A stretch of DNA of 64,000 nucleotides from Dehalococcoidia bacterium (GCA_965197585.1 OZ240215.1:128001-192000); one strand, 5' to 3'. Positions 10,236 through 20,540 are shown, counted from the stretch's first letter. The notes: generated from the sequence alone by a model not told the origin. Numbers and translations are program-made.

Positions 10236-11495
10236 CTAGCCCTTTTCCAGCTTGGGAGAGGGCATCGATAGAAGGGGCCGGTCCCGGATCGCGAGTACAG
10301 CTATATACCCGACTACCGAGAGGATTAATGCCAAGAGCCAAACATCTTGATAGTCGCCGCTATTGTCGAACATTAGCCCGCCTATGAAGGCGCCCAACCC
10401 CCCCGACATCTGGTGCACCATGTTGGCTGTTCCCGTAAGCGCTCCCAGATTCCTGACGCCGAAACCCCGAGCCAGGTATATCGGGGCGAGTGGAGCGGTC
10501 ATAAGGAATGTAAACCCGTAAAGAAGGCCGAAGACGATAACAGCCGCGGGGGAGGTGGAAGTCACAACTAGGGCGAAGATCACGATTCTTATTAGGAAGC
10601 ACACCCCGGAGGGCTTGCCAGGCCCAAAGGCATCGGAAAGGTACCCCGAGACCAGCACTCCGAACATTCCCATTACTCCCATAATCGCCAGCAAATTGCC
10701 GGCCAGAAAAGGGGTGAGTCCCTGATCGGTTGCAAAGGCGACGATATGCGTGCTGACAAGGAAGTCCTGGAAGCCGCAGATGGATAACATGAATATCAGC
10801 GTGAGGAACTTCCGGGAGGTTACAACCTGTTTGTAGGCGATGCCGGTTTCAGGAGTTCGACTCTCCGCACTCTGGTTTGCTTTCTCTACCGACCCGGTGG
10901 CCTCTTGCACTTTGGGACGGGAGCGGATGAAGGCCAAGGTCATCGGCACACTGAGGGTGGGTATCATCAACCCAATGATCATGTATGAGGTCCTCCAGCC
11001 CCAGTCGAGCAGAACGGACGACAATAGCGAGATTATTACCAGCTGTCCTATGGCGCCGCCGGTAATTGCGGTGCTATTGGCCTTGCCCGGATTGTTCGGG
11101 AACCAGCGGCTCACGAGGACGATCATGACGCCCAGGTTCGAGCCTCCGCTCCCGACCGCAAATACCACCCCGTAGAGCAGGAAAAGCTGCCACGGGGCTT
11201 TCACGAATCCGGTGAATCCGGCGCCCGCGGCCATGACCAGAACAAAGGCCGCAATGATCAGCCGAAAGCCGTACCTGTCTGCGAAACGCCCCGCCAGCGG
11301 CATAGTAAGTGCCGAGACCACCATATAAGTGGTCTGTACCAGGGAAAGGGGGCCCCGACTCCAGCCCAAGTCCGCCTCAAGAGGCTTGAGTACTACACCG
11401 AAAGCCATCCGAGACCCGCTGTTGAAGAAGATAACCACGAAGGCAGTGGCTAGCACTAGCCAACTACGATCTATCCTACGGGCCCAATTCAGCAT
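10236..11495 (-). CDS. MFS transporter (OFA/monocarboxylate-like)
   Basis: About 12 TM helices; GRFADRYG and GYLSDAFG motif A. Confidence 0.9.
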   Translation of the reverse strand: MLNWARRIDRSWLVLATAFVVIFFNSGSRMAFGVVLKPLEADLGWSRGPLSLVQTTYMVVSALTMPLAGRFADRYGFRLIIAAFVLVMAAGAGFTGFVKAPWQLFLLYGVVFAVGSGGSNLGVMIVLVSRWFPNNPGKANSTAITGGAIGQLVIISLLSSVLLDWGWRTSYMIIGLMIPTLSVPMTLAFIRSRPKVQEATGSVEKANQSAESRTPETGIAYKQVVTSRKFLTLIFMLSICGFQDFLVSTHIVAFATDQGLTPFLAGNLLAIMGVMGMFGVLVSGYLSDAFGPGKPSGVCFLIRIVIFALVVTSTSPAAVIVFGLLYGFTFLMTAPLAPIYLARGFGVRNLGALTGTANMVHQMSGGLGAFIGGLMFDNSGDYQDVWLLALILSVVGYIAVLAIRDRPLLSMPSPKLEKG

Positions 11496-11529
11496 GTTCT
11501 TCGAGTGTTGTTGGAGCCGGAAGATCTAG

Positions 11530-12724
11530 GGAAGCTCTGAACAACTCACTGTAAACCAGCTTAGGTTGTCTTGCATGGAGTTTTGGGGAGAGGTTGGGTC
11601 GTAATGTTGCGTCCCGGTGGCTTATTTGCATCCTATGTTCTGGCCTGTCAGGGCATCCAGTCACCATCAACCCGGATTTGACCACACTGCTCCTCCGTCA
11701 CACCGCTAAGTGGCGCTCGGCCCTTACCAAGTTGGCCAGCCCCAGCAGCATCGCCACCCGTTGCGTGTTCTTGTACAGGCCCCTGTAGCGGACCTTGGCG
11801 TAGCCGAAGTGCCGTTTCACGTACAGGAACGGATGCTCCACCTTAGCCCTGATGGATGATTTGCTCTTCTCCGCCAAGGCCTCGCAGCTCCCCGCCCTCA
11901 GTTTCCGACGCCGTCCAGGTCTCATCGCCACCCGCCACTCCACATCCATATCCCGATTCTCCGCCCGCTTCTCCACTCCCTGATATCCCGCATCTCCCCA
12001 CACTCGCCTCTCCCCTCCATGCAGCAGCCGGTGCGCCTCCGTCACGTCATGCACGTTCGCAGCTGTCGTACTCATACTGTGCACCACCCCCGTGTCAGCG
12101 TCTGCACCAATGTGCACTTTCATACCGAAGTGCCACTCCTTCCCCTTCTTCACCTGGTGCATATCGGGGTCTCGCTCTCCAGCACGGTTCTTCGTAGACG
12201 CCGGCGCCTCGATGATGCTCGCATCCACAATCGTACCCTCCCTGAGCCTCAGTCCCCGAGACTCCAGATGACGGTTGATCTCCTCGAACAGCCCCCGACC
12301 CAACTCCTGCTCTTCCAGCAGATGGCGGAAGTTCAGTATCGTAGTCTCGTCAGGCAAGGGGCCGGACAGCCTCAGACCTGTGAACCGCCTCACCGACTCC
12401 ACCTCGTAGAGCATGTCCTCCATGCCCGGATCGCTCAGGTTGTAGAACAGCTGCACGCAGTGTATCCGCAGCATCACCGACAACTCGTAGGGCCTCCGTC
12501 CACGGCCTGCCCTGCAATAGTAGGGCCGGATTCGCTCCTCTAACTTTCCCCATGGAACCAGGTCCTCCATCCGCTCCAGAAATATCTCCCGGCGGGTCTT
12601 TCGCTTCTTGCCCTCGTATTCCAAGTCTGCAAATGTCGGCTGCTTCATCAAATCTCACCTCAGCTTTGGCCTTACTCTCCTTATCTTACTATTACCTATG
12701 CCCCTATACTTGTTCAGAGGTTTC
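11530..12724 (-). mobile_element. IS5-family insertion sequence, 1195 bp, with CTAG target duplication
   Basis: TIRs GGAAGCTCTGAACAAC / GAAACCTCTGAACAAG; CTAG at 11526-11529 and 12725-12728. Confidence 0.92.
11698..12651 (-). CDS. IS5-family DDE transposase
   Basis: KKTRREIFL, PDETTILNFRHLL, IVDASII, WHFGMKVHIG, GDAGY and RAKVEHPF motifs. Confidence 0.95.
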   Translation of the reverse strand: MMKQPTFADLEYEGKKRKTRREIFLERMEDLVPWGKLEERIRPYYCRAGRGRRPYELSVMLRIHCVQLFYNLSDPGMEDMLYEVESVRRFTGLRLSGPLPDETTILNFRHLLEEQELGRGLFEEINRHLESRGLRLREGTIVDASIIEAPASTKNRAGERDPDMHQVKKGKEWHFGMKVHIGADADTGVVHSMSTTAANVHDVTEAHRLLHGGERRVWGDAGYQGVEKRAENRDMDVEWRVAMRPGRRRKLRAGSCEALAEKSKSSIRAKVEHPFLYVKRHFGYAKVRYRGLYKNTQRVAMLLGLANLVRAERHLAV

Positions 12725-13858
12725 CTAGGTCACGCGCTCCAGAAAGCGCCGATACGCCTGCATCAGCTCCCGCGCCCGATCCCAAGCCTCAGACGGGTGA
12801 ATGCTGGGACAGTCGTAGTCTAATAGGTCTTTCAGCCGGCCACGGGTCTCCTCTAAATATAGAGCAGTCCCGTCTCCCTGCACTTCGGAGATGCCGAATA
12901 CGGGCAGAGCCGCTCGCCCGATCCTTTCCGCCTCCCCCCGAGATAACTCCTCAGGAAGGGCCAGTTCTGCGCCATCTGTCCCAAGCCTGACTGGATAATC
13001 GCCTGGCAGCCCAAGAGGTGAATTTACAGTCATAAGCTCCCGGCTGTCCTGAGCAATTGCAAGGGCATTCTTTACCGCCGAGGCCGCGGGGGTTGGGAAC
13101 AGGGGTGGATAGCCTTCGACGGGGAAGAAACGGCTTCGCATGGCCGCCTCGATGAGCGATTTCGGGTCGTAGTTCGATGTGACGTCTTTACCGTCTACCG
13201 AGAGCTTGAGAAAGTAGGGCATCTTGCTGGGTCCAGCATGGAGCATGGCGCTGCCGCCGCTAACAAGGAAGACCTGAACGGCGTCTGCGGTGCACTCGTG
13301 CTCTGCGGCGACGGTACGGCGTATCTCGTAGGCCAAATGCTCGCAGTTTCCCGCCCCGCACACCGCCCCGAGCCCCGCGCTCCAGAGCATCGGGTTTACA
13401 ACGTCGGCAAAGGATACGTTGACGACCGGCGTATCGGGTGTGGCGCTGTCCCGAGCCTTCATCACGTTGTAGGCGGGAGCTAGGTGCCAGGGCAGCTGTG
13501 CCCCGATGGTCAGGGCCGCCCGGGCCTGCTCTCCGGCCTCACCCGGGACTCGGGATAGCTGCTCGGTAACGGACCTGGGAGAAAGCAGAGATGATATGTT
13601 GATCACCACGTCCGGCTTGACGTCGGCGAGGACTGCTGCGGTCTGAGACACATTGCTTAGATTGACAGGGTGGAATGCGAAGGACTTGTCATGGCCGTTC
13701 ATTGACGCGCCGATGGCAGCGAGATTGGTGCGGTATCGCCCCCAGTCGGCGCGTAGGTCGGCAACGGCTATGGCGCCTACACCAGGCTCCCGAGCCAGGA
13801 ACTCCAGTGCCCAGGCGCCCACGTCGCCCAGCCCGATGATCAGTACTGTGGTGCTCAA
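12725..13858 (-). CDS. NAD(P)-binding oxidoreductase (saccharopine dehydrogenase/LDH-MDH-like)
   Basis: N-terminal Rossmann IIGLGDVG; VVNVSFAD-x-VNP; PLGLPGDYPV. Confidence 0.7.
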   Translation of the reverse strand: MSTTVLIIGLGDVGAWALEFLAREPGVGAIAVADLRADWGRYRTNLAAIGASMNGHDKSFAFHPVNLSNVSQTAAVLADVKPDVVINISSLLSPRSVTEQLSRVPGEAGEQARAALTIGAQLPWHLAPAYNVMKARDSATPDTPVVNVSFADVVNPMLWSAGLGAVCGAGNCEHLAYEIRRTVAAEHECTADAVQVFLVSGGSAMLHAGPSKMPYFLKLSVDGKDVTSNYDPKSLIEAAMRSRFFPVEGYPPLFPTPAASAVKNALAIAQDSRELMTVNSPLGLPGDYPVRLGTDGAELALPEELSRGEAERIGRAALPVFGISEVQGDGTALYLEETRGRLKDLLDYDCPSIHPSEAWDRARELMQAYRRFLERVT

Positions 13859-13906
13859 GGCATAATCCCCAAATCGATGCTATAAACCTGACTCTCGTAG
13901 CGTGGA

Positions 13907-13925
13907 TGGCGGAGGGAGTGGGATT
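13907..13925 (-). repeat. att repeat: tRNA-Ser-like 3' end fragment, copy 1
   Basis: TGGCGGAGGGAGTGGGATT is the reverse complement of AATCCCACTCCCTCCGCCA; identical at 26749-26767. Confidence 0.8.
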
Positions 13926-14776
13926 TAGCTATAAAATTACGGCTTCCGACTATGACTTCCCACATTTGTTACCACCCCATCAGCGCAAATGATTAGTACG
14001 AGTGCACGTTGGTGGCCAAGGGAGACTGTACCAGAACCTTTTAATTCGTTGTAGAGTTGCGAGTTTCCAGTAGTGGAACACCAGATATAGAAAAAGTGGA
14101 GCCTTTGGGATAACACCCTTTACATGGTCGCCCGTAATACTAACTTATTCAGAGAAGCTGCGCAGGGTTCGATTCCACCTAGGTGGGCCTGAGTTGACCG
14201 CAGGCAGTACCACGTTCGAGTTGACGGTGGCGTTCCTGCCCAACCAAGTGGAGACACGAGCCCGAGGGTACAGTTGCGCCGCTGGCCCACCAGCCTTTCG
14301 CTTTGATTGGGTGCCCACCCGAGGCCGGCTCCCAACTCTGTCTAACCCATCCCATGAGGCTCGAACTGCCCATTTGGCTCGTGATGCCGAGGGGGGAGAC
14401 GACGGGTCCCCCTCAAGAACGATAGCAGCCCCCACGAATGGTGTCGTCCGACTACGTGCTGGCCTCAAGTCCACCGCCCACGAGTACCTGAGTATTTCGT
14501 GTCTATTCTGTACCGTGAATGTTCACGGCTGTTTCGCAATAGACATCAAACTCTGCACTACTCCTGGGCAGCAGAACTGAATTCCACTTCGGAAATCTAG
14601 CTGACCGAGGATTCATTTTTTAGTCTTGGCGATTGTTAGTTCGCAAGTTATTGGCATCGGGAAACACATACAGCATTCTTCTCTCCAAGAGAGGTGAAAT
14701 TGGGAGGGGTAATTGCAGACTCACACATGATCATATTGTAGGATAGGCCCTACCAATTCAGGTTTGGAGGAATGCC

Positions 14777-14920
14777 TTGGAAGCGTATTGTGTGAAGTGC
14801 AGGTCCAAGAGGGAGATGAACAACTCCCAGTCCGTTACGATGAAGAATGGGCGCCCGGCCACTCAGGGTGTATGCCCAGTCTGCTCCACAAAGATGTTCC
14901 GGATCGGTAAAGCCGAATAG
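14777..14920 (+). CDS. 47-aa DUF5679-like zinc-ribbon protein (below the ORF-track cutoff)
   Basis: GGAGG RBS, TTG start; EAYCVKCRSKREM...MKNGRPATQGVCPVCSTKMFRIGK; paralog at 60187. Confidence 0.85.
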   Translation: MEAYCVKCRSKREMNNSQSVTMKNGRPATQGVCPVCSTKMFRIGKAE

Positions 14921-15055
14921 TCCGGCAGTCTCCAGCAAGCCAGAGGGTCCTGCTTCAGCAGGTGCCTCTGGCTTCTGGCTTCTCCCTCGGCTACCGGTTG
15001 GCCTGCTCCGTCGGTTCTTGGTGGTTTCCCCCGATGTGGCAGGATAGGATTCCGA

Positions 15056-15108
15056 CTACAAGTTCAGAACACATATCAATGCGAAAGTTCTTGATTTTGT
15101 CCAGTTTG
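15056..15108 (-). repeat. recombination-site-like arm A
   Basis: GAAAGTTCTTGATTTTGTCCAGTTTG (15083-15108) is identical to 40256-40281. Minus strand reads NWTKSRTFALICVLNL*. Confidence 0.75.
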
Positions 15109-15763
15109 TTGAACTGTGTTTGACTGTAGGCATTACCATTTCCGAGTTTCGCCTGAAGCTGTCATGACAAGCAAGTCGCTTGGATACATCGCCACCACCG
15201 CAAATAATCACTCGGAGATTGTCACACAGAATCTAGCTTGAGACCTCCTTCGGATGCAGATTACCTATTCACGTATGCGTCAAACGAGGGTATCTGCGGT
15301 GAGCTCCGCGGCGTAACCAAAGGACACGTGCTGCAACGTCACTTCAGTCACTATCTGTGGCATCCGACATTCCTCTTATTACGTACCCCAAGATAACTAC
15401 ACTCAATACGACAGAACATTACAGGACTTGTAGTAAACAAAGACAGTGTGCTAGCATCCCGCTAGGCCGTGGGCAGGATGCCAGGAGGTGTATGTGGTCT
15501 TCACTTATTTGTCCCTCACCTAATTCCTTGCTGGCCTATCGTTTCCGTGATCTTGCCTCTACTGCCCTAACCTTCTCCCTCCCACTTCCTCCTCGGATGC
15601 ATCACACCGGAAACGCTCCAATTGCTTCAGCGCGATGCAGTTACCGTCCATTGTGACCCGTATTGCTTACCGATACCGAATAGGAGTCTTTTATGTGCCG
15701 TTCTAAGGTCTGCCCATCACAATCCTTGGGGCAGTTGGGGCCGTTGTTTATGAGGAGGATCCA

Positions 15764-18235
15764 GTGAAACAATTCGTGGCTAATCGGAAGGGACCTTGGC
15801 AAAAGCGGCTCCTGTACATCGGGATTCTAAGCATCACGTTGCTGGCCCTGCTGGTATTCGCAACATGCGGTGACGATGATCCAGAAGAAATTCCCGGTAC
15901 GGCTACTTCCGTCGCGGTAGCTCCCACGCCCGAAGCGCCTGGCACTACCCTGAGGCCGAGGAGTGAGTGGACCGAGGAGGCTCCTGCTACCAGGGCCGAG
16001 ATAGAAGCTGAACTGGGGAAGTACAGGGGTAAGAGCATCAGCGTCCTAGACGGCGGCGGCGCTTGGCAAGCCGCCCACCGCAAGGCTTATTACATTCCCT
16101 TCCAGGAGCAGTTCGGCATCGAGATCATCGAGGACACCGCCTCCTCCATCGTCGGCCAGATCCGCGGCATGTCGGAGACCGGCAACATCACCGTGGACAT
16201 CGGTGTCTGGGGCATTGACGTCGCCATCCAGCTTGGCCGCTCGGGCCACGCCGCAGAACTCGACTACTCCGTCATCGACCTGCGAGACCACTTCCCCGAT
16301 CTGGTGGAGGCCGGTAAACCCTACATCGCCGGCGGGGGAGACATTTTCTCCACAGTAGTTGCCTACAGCACCGAGTCCTTCCCCGATTCCGGCCCCCAGC
16401 CCTCCACTATGGCTGACTTCTTCGACTTGGAAGAATTCCCCGGCAAGCGGGGTATGTGGAGCTTCTGGCAGATCAACCCCCACCTCGCCTACATTGCCCA
16501 GCACCCCGAGGTCTTCGATAACCCTGGTGCCCTTGCTTCGCTCTCCAGCCTCACCGACGCCCAGATGGAGGAGGCCTGGACCTACCTCGACGATTTCGTC
16601 GCGAGAGCAGGCAGCGACTTCATCACCTGGGACAGCGGCTCCGACTGCCCAGCCCTCTTGATAGCTGGTGAACTGGATCTCTGCACCACCTGGAACGGTC
16701 GTATCTACGACGCCGTAGTCGCAGACGATGCGCCCATCAACATCTGCTGGGAATGCGGTCACGTCATGGACGCCGACTACTACTTCGTCCCCAACGGGCT
16801 GAAAGAACTTGACGCCGAGAGATGGGAGATGGCCCAACTCTTCCTGGCATGGATGTCCTTCCCGGACATCAACGCCCAGGAGTCCCTGTACATCCCCTAT
16901 GGACCCGTGAACCAGAAGGCCCTGCCACTCCTCGATGACCCGGCCTGGGATCACATCAGGGATGCCCTGCCCACTGCCCCCGACAACGCCCAGTACGGCC
17001 TCTTCCTCGACTCCTCCTGGGCCGGGGCCACCGCAGATGCTGCCCAGGAACGTTGGTCTTCTATCCTGCTGAGACAAGAACAACCTGAAGCACCTGGCAC
17101 GACGCTGAGGCCCAGGAACGAGTGGACCGAAGACGCCCCTGCTACCAGGGCCGAGATCGAGGCCGAGCTAGGCAAGTACAGGGGCAAAAGCATCAGCGTC
17201 CTGGACGGCGGCGGCGCTTGGCAAGCGGCCCACCGCAAGGCCTATTACATCCCCTTCCAGGAAGAATTTGGCATCGAGATCGTCGAGGACACTACATCAT
17301 CCATCGTCGGTCAGATTCGCGGCATGTCCGAGACAGGCAACATCACCGTAGACATAGGGGTATGGGGCATTGACGTTGCAATCCAGCTAGGCCGTTCGGG
17401 CCACGCTGCAGAGCTCGATTACTCCGTCATCGACCTACGAGACCACTTCCCCGATTTGGTAGAGGCTGGTAAACCCTACATCGCCGGTGGCGGAGACATC
17501 TTCTCCACCGTAGTCGCTTACAGCACCGAGTCCTTCCCCGATTCCGGCCCTCAACCCTCCACAATGGCCGACTTTTTCGACCTGGAAGAATTCCCTGGCA
17601 AGCGGGGTATGTGGAGCTTCTGGCAGATCAACCCGCACCTCGCCTACATAGCCCAGCACCCCGAGGTCTTCGAAAACCCTGGTGCCCTTGCTTCGCTCTC
17701 CAGCCTCACCGACGCCCAGATGGAGGAGGCTTGGACCTACCTCGACGACTTCGTATCGAGAGCCGGCAGCGACTTCATCACCTGGGACAGCGGATCCGAC
17801 TGCCCAGCCCTCTTGATAGCCGGTGAATTGGATCTCTGCACCACCTGGAACGGCCGCATCTACGACGCGGTAGTGGCCGACGATGCGCCCATCAACATCT
17901 GCTGGGAGTGCGGCCACGTCATGGACGCCGACTACTACTTCGTCCCCAATGGGCTGAAAGAACTCGATGCAGAGAGATGGGAGATGGCCCAACTCTTCCT
18001 AGCTTGGATGTCCTTCCCGGACGTCAATGCCAGGGAGTCCCTGTACATTCCCTATGGGCCCGTGAACCAGAAGGCCCTGCCACTCCTCGATGACCCGGCC
18101 TGGGATCACATCAGGGATGCCCTGCCCACTGCCCCCGACAACGCCCAGTACGGCCTCTTCCTCGACTCCTCCTGGGCCGGGGCCACCGCAGATGCCGCCC
18201 AGGAACGCTGGTCTACAATCCTACAAACCAGATAA
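15764..18235 (+). CDS. PotD-like ABC substrate-binding lipoprotein with two tandem near-identical SBP domains
   Basis: Lipobox-like VFATC; repeat units 15929-17083 and 17084-18232; GGAWQAA, FFDLEEFPGKRG, WNGRI and YGPVN motifs. Confidence 0.9.
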   Translation: MKQFVANRKGPWQKRLLYIGILSITLLALLVFATCGDDDPEEIPGTATSVAVAPTPEAPGTTLRPRSEWTEEAPATRAEIEAELGKYRGKSISVLDGGGAWQAAHRKAYYIPFQEQFGIEIIEDTASSIVGQIRGMSETGNITVDIGVWGIDVAIQLGRSGHAAELDYSVIDLRDHFPDLVEAGKPYIAGGGDIFSTVVAYSTESFPDSGPQPSTMADFFDLEEFPGKRGMWSFWQINPHLAYIAQHPEVFDNPGALASLSSLTDAQMEEAWTYLDDFVARAGSDFITWDSGSDCPALLIAGELDLCTTWNGRIYDAVVADDAPINICWECGHVMDADYYFVPNGLKELDAERWEMAQLFLAWMSFPDINAQESLYIPYGPVNQKALPLLDDPAWDHIRDALPTAPDNAQYGLFLDSSWAGATADAAQERWSSILLRQEQPEAPGTTLRPRNEWTEDAPATRAEIEAELGKYRGKSISVLDGGGAWQAAHRKAYYIPFQEEFGIEIVEDTTSSIVGQIRGMSETGNITVDIGVWGIDVAIQLGRSGHAAELDYSVIDLRDHFPDLVEAGKPYIAGGGDIFSTVVAYSTESFPDSGPQPSTMADFFDLEEFPGKRGMWSFWQINPHLAYIAQHPEVFENPGALASLSSLTDAQMEEAWTYLDDFVSRAGSDFITWDSGSDCPALLIAGELDLCTTWNGRIYDAVVADDAPINICWECGHVMDADYYFVPNGLKELDAERWEMAQLFLAWMSFPDVNARESLYIPYGPVNQKALPLLDDPAWDHIRDALPTAPDNAQYGLFLDSSWAGATADAAQERWSTILQTR

Positions 18236-18284
18236 GCTTGAAATACAAATAGGCGTGCCAAAGCAGAAGTGATAAAACGTTGTA

Positions 18285-18321
18285 GCACGGGTCCCGGTAT
18301 CAGCTAGACCGGGACCCGTGC
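18285..18321 (+). terminator. 14-bp hairpin (extendable) after the SBP gene; terminator or mRNA stabiliser
   Basis: GCACGGGTCCCGGT / ACCGGGACCCGTGC; outer ACGTTG/CAACGT and TGCCAAAG/CTTTGGCA pairs. Confidence 0.65.
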
Positions 18322-18425
18322 CCAACGTGCCTTTGGCATTCAATTCCTGGACAAACCACCACTGAACGGGGCTGCAAGTCTCTGGGAACGCGTAGCCCTA
18401 TGAACGACCCATCCGGAGTAGAACG

Positions 18426-18962
18426 TTGGCAAAGAGGCTAAAGTCGGTCAGAGAATTGAGTGAACCTCTTAAGGAATTCATCAAGCGACCCAACCCTGCC
18501 GTTCTGGGCACGCTACGAAAAGACGGCACTTCTCATCTGACCGTCGTTTGGTACGAATATGACGAAGGCGATGACTTGGTCCGCATAAGCCTCACCGATA
18601 CCCGGGTCAAGTATAAAAACGCCCGTCGAGACCCGCGCGTCTCATTGGCCATCGTCGCCACCGAAGACGCCCGCTGGTTGACGAAAGACGACGCCTCTAA
18701 AGTAGCTTACAAGGAGGTTGTTCTGGAAGGTTCGGCCCAGTTCACCGATGAGGGAGCCGATGAAGTAGACCGTCGAATAGCCGTCAATTACTACGGGTAC
18801 GAGGAAGGAACCAAGTACGCCGAATATACTCTGGCGGCAACTTCCGAGAATCGCATAGTGATGTACTTCAGGCCCGACAGGATAATGGCCTGGGACTTTG
18901 AAGTGGAGGATGACGACCACCGGCCATGGAAGGTCGAAGCCGATATCCCATCGGAAAAATAA
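18426..18962 (+). CDS. PPOX-class (probably F420-dependent) split-barrel oxidoreductase
   Basis: LGTLRKDG-x-SHLTVVWY and K-x-KNARRDPRVSL motifs. Confidence 0.8.
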   Translation: MAKRLKSVRELSEPLKEFIKRPNPAVLGTLRKDGTSHLTVVWYEYDEGDDLVRISLTDTRVKYKNARRDPRVSLAIVATEDARWLTKDDASKVAYKEVVLEGSAQFTDEGADEVDRRIAVNYYGYEEGTKYAEYTLAATSENRIVMYFRPDRIMAWDFEVEDDDHRPWKVEADIPSEK

Positions 18963-20470
18963 TGGACATATCGCCACCAGAAAAGCAAGATTTGCTCGAT
19001 GCCGCGTCCAAGAACTACCTTGACCTGACAGAAGAGGAGTTGGACGGGTTTAACCTCCTGCTCCAAGGGATATTCAGTGAGTTGGAGGCCCTTGACAGGC
19101 TGTCTTCAGCCGTCCCAGCACCAGTTACGGGACCCCGGGACTTCGGGCAAAGGCCCGGCCCTGGCAAAGATCCCTACAATGCTATCCTACGCCGATGTAT
19201 GGTCAAAGGCTCCGGGTCAGGCAAGCTGTCCGGAGTCAGGGTTGGCGTGAAGGACAACATTTCGGTATCCCGTATGCCTATGACCTGCGGGTCCCATTTT
19301 CTTTCGGACTATATTCCCGACACCGATGCGACGGTAGTACAGCGAATTCTAGACGAGGGCGGAAACATCGTCGCCATGCTGAACATGGACGACTTTGCCT
19401 GGTCGGGCAGCGGTGAGACAAGCGTGTTCGGCCCGGTACGGAACCCGCACAGCACTGAGTATTTGGCAGGCGGCTCCTCTGCTGGTTCAGGCGCCGCCCT
19501 TTTCTACAACGACATCGACGTCACCTTGGGCTGCGATCAGGGTGGTTCGATCAGGATACCGGCGGCTTGGTGTGGGGTAGTGGGACTCAAACCCACCTTT
19601 GGTCTCGTCCCCTACACGGGAATAGTATCCGGAGAGACCACCTTCGACCACGTAGGGCCCATGGCCCGTTCCGTCGATAAAGTTGCCCTGATGTTGGACG
19701 TTATCGCTGGTAAAGATCCCTTGGACCAGAGGCAAGGTCACGTTCCCCGGCAAAACTATACCGATTTTCTAGGCCAGGATGTAGCCGGGATGCGGATAGG
19801 CATTGTAAAGGAGGGTTTCGGCGCGGAAGACTCGGAAGAGGAGGTTGACGAAGCCGTTCGCAGCGCATTGGCGGATGTAGCCAGCTTGGGAATCGAGACC
19901 ACGGATGTCTCCATACCGTATCACTTGAGCTCACTGGCTATTTACCGAGGGGTGATCCCTGAAGGTGCGACCGCTCTGCTTCAGACGTGGGGGCTCGGAT
20001 ACAACCACCTGGGCTACTATGACTCTGGGCTGGGCACTGCGATAAGGGATGGACTAGAGTCCAGGGCGAACAGTCTTCCGCCTGATGTAAAGTTGACCCT
20101 GCTATTGGGCAGCTACCTCCGTGAGCGTTACGGAGGCTGGGCCTACGCCAAATCTCAGAACCTCAGACCCGCTTTGAGGAAGGCATATGACGACATGCTT
20201 TCGGAGGTGGACATTCTTGCAATGCCTACGGTGCCAACCCTGCCCTTCAAGTACGACCCCGACCAGGATTGGATAACCAGGATTGACCGTGGTGCGGTCG
20301 TGTCCAAGAACTGCGCCCCGTTTAATGCCTCGGGGCATCCTGCCATCTCGCTTCCATGTGCAAAGGTCAACGGACTGCCCGTGGGGTTGATGCTCGTGGC
20401 CAAACATTTTGACGACGGGTTGTTAATCAAGGTTGCTGATGCACTACAGAGGGAGATGGGGTGGGATTAG
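18962..20470 (+). CDS. amidase signature family enzyme
   Basis: VKDN, GGSSAGSG and GCDQGGSIRIPA (Lys-Ser-Ser triad); ATG 18962 coupled to the upstream stop. Confidence 0.92.
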   Translation: MDISPPEKQDLLDAASKNYLDLTEEELDGFNLLLQGIFSELEALDRLSSAVPAPVTGPRDFGQRPGPGKDPYNAILRRCMVKGSGSGKLSGVRVGVKDNISVSRMPMTCGSHFLSDYIPDTDATVVQRILDEGGNIVAMLNMDDFAWSGSGETSVFGPVRNPHSTEYLAGGSSAGSGAALFYNDIDVTLGCDQGGSIRIPAAWCGVVGLKPTFGLVPYTGIVSGETTFDHVGPMARSVDKVALMLDVIAGKDPLDQRQGHVPRQNYTDFLGQDVAGMRIGIVKEGFGAEDSEEEVDEAVRSALADVASLGIETTDVSIPYHLSSLAIYRGVIPEGATALLQTWGLGYNHLGYYDSGLGTAIRDGLESRANSLPPDVKLTLLLGSYLRERYGGWAYAKSQNLRPALRKAYDDMLSEVDILAMPTVPTLPFKYDPDQDWITRIDRGAVVSKNCAPFNASGHPAISLPCAKVNGLPVGLMLVAKHFDDGLLIKVADALQREMGWD

Positions 20471-20540
20471 GGATTGAGACTTCTAGACATCTGGCGGAAA
20501 ACTTCATTCTAAATTGACTACTTGACCAGAGAGGAGAGCC

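Larger units (their letters stand above)
14545..15110 (+). repeat. about 560-bp dispersed duplicated block, copy 1 (leader + DUF5679-like gene + att-like arm)
   Basis: Collinear similarity to about 59955-60515. Confidence 0.85.

Noticed and set aside
14750-14938. Minus-strand ORFs 14750-14938 and 60094-60345, similar to each other
   Set aside because: Antisense shadows of the DUF5679-like genes, which have the RBS and the CxxC motifs
16046-17992. Long antisense ORFs (345 and 185 aa)
   Set aside because: Antisense to the SBP; explained by GC-rich codon bias
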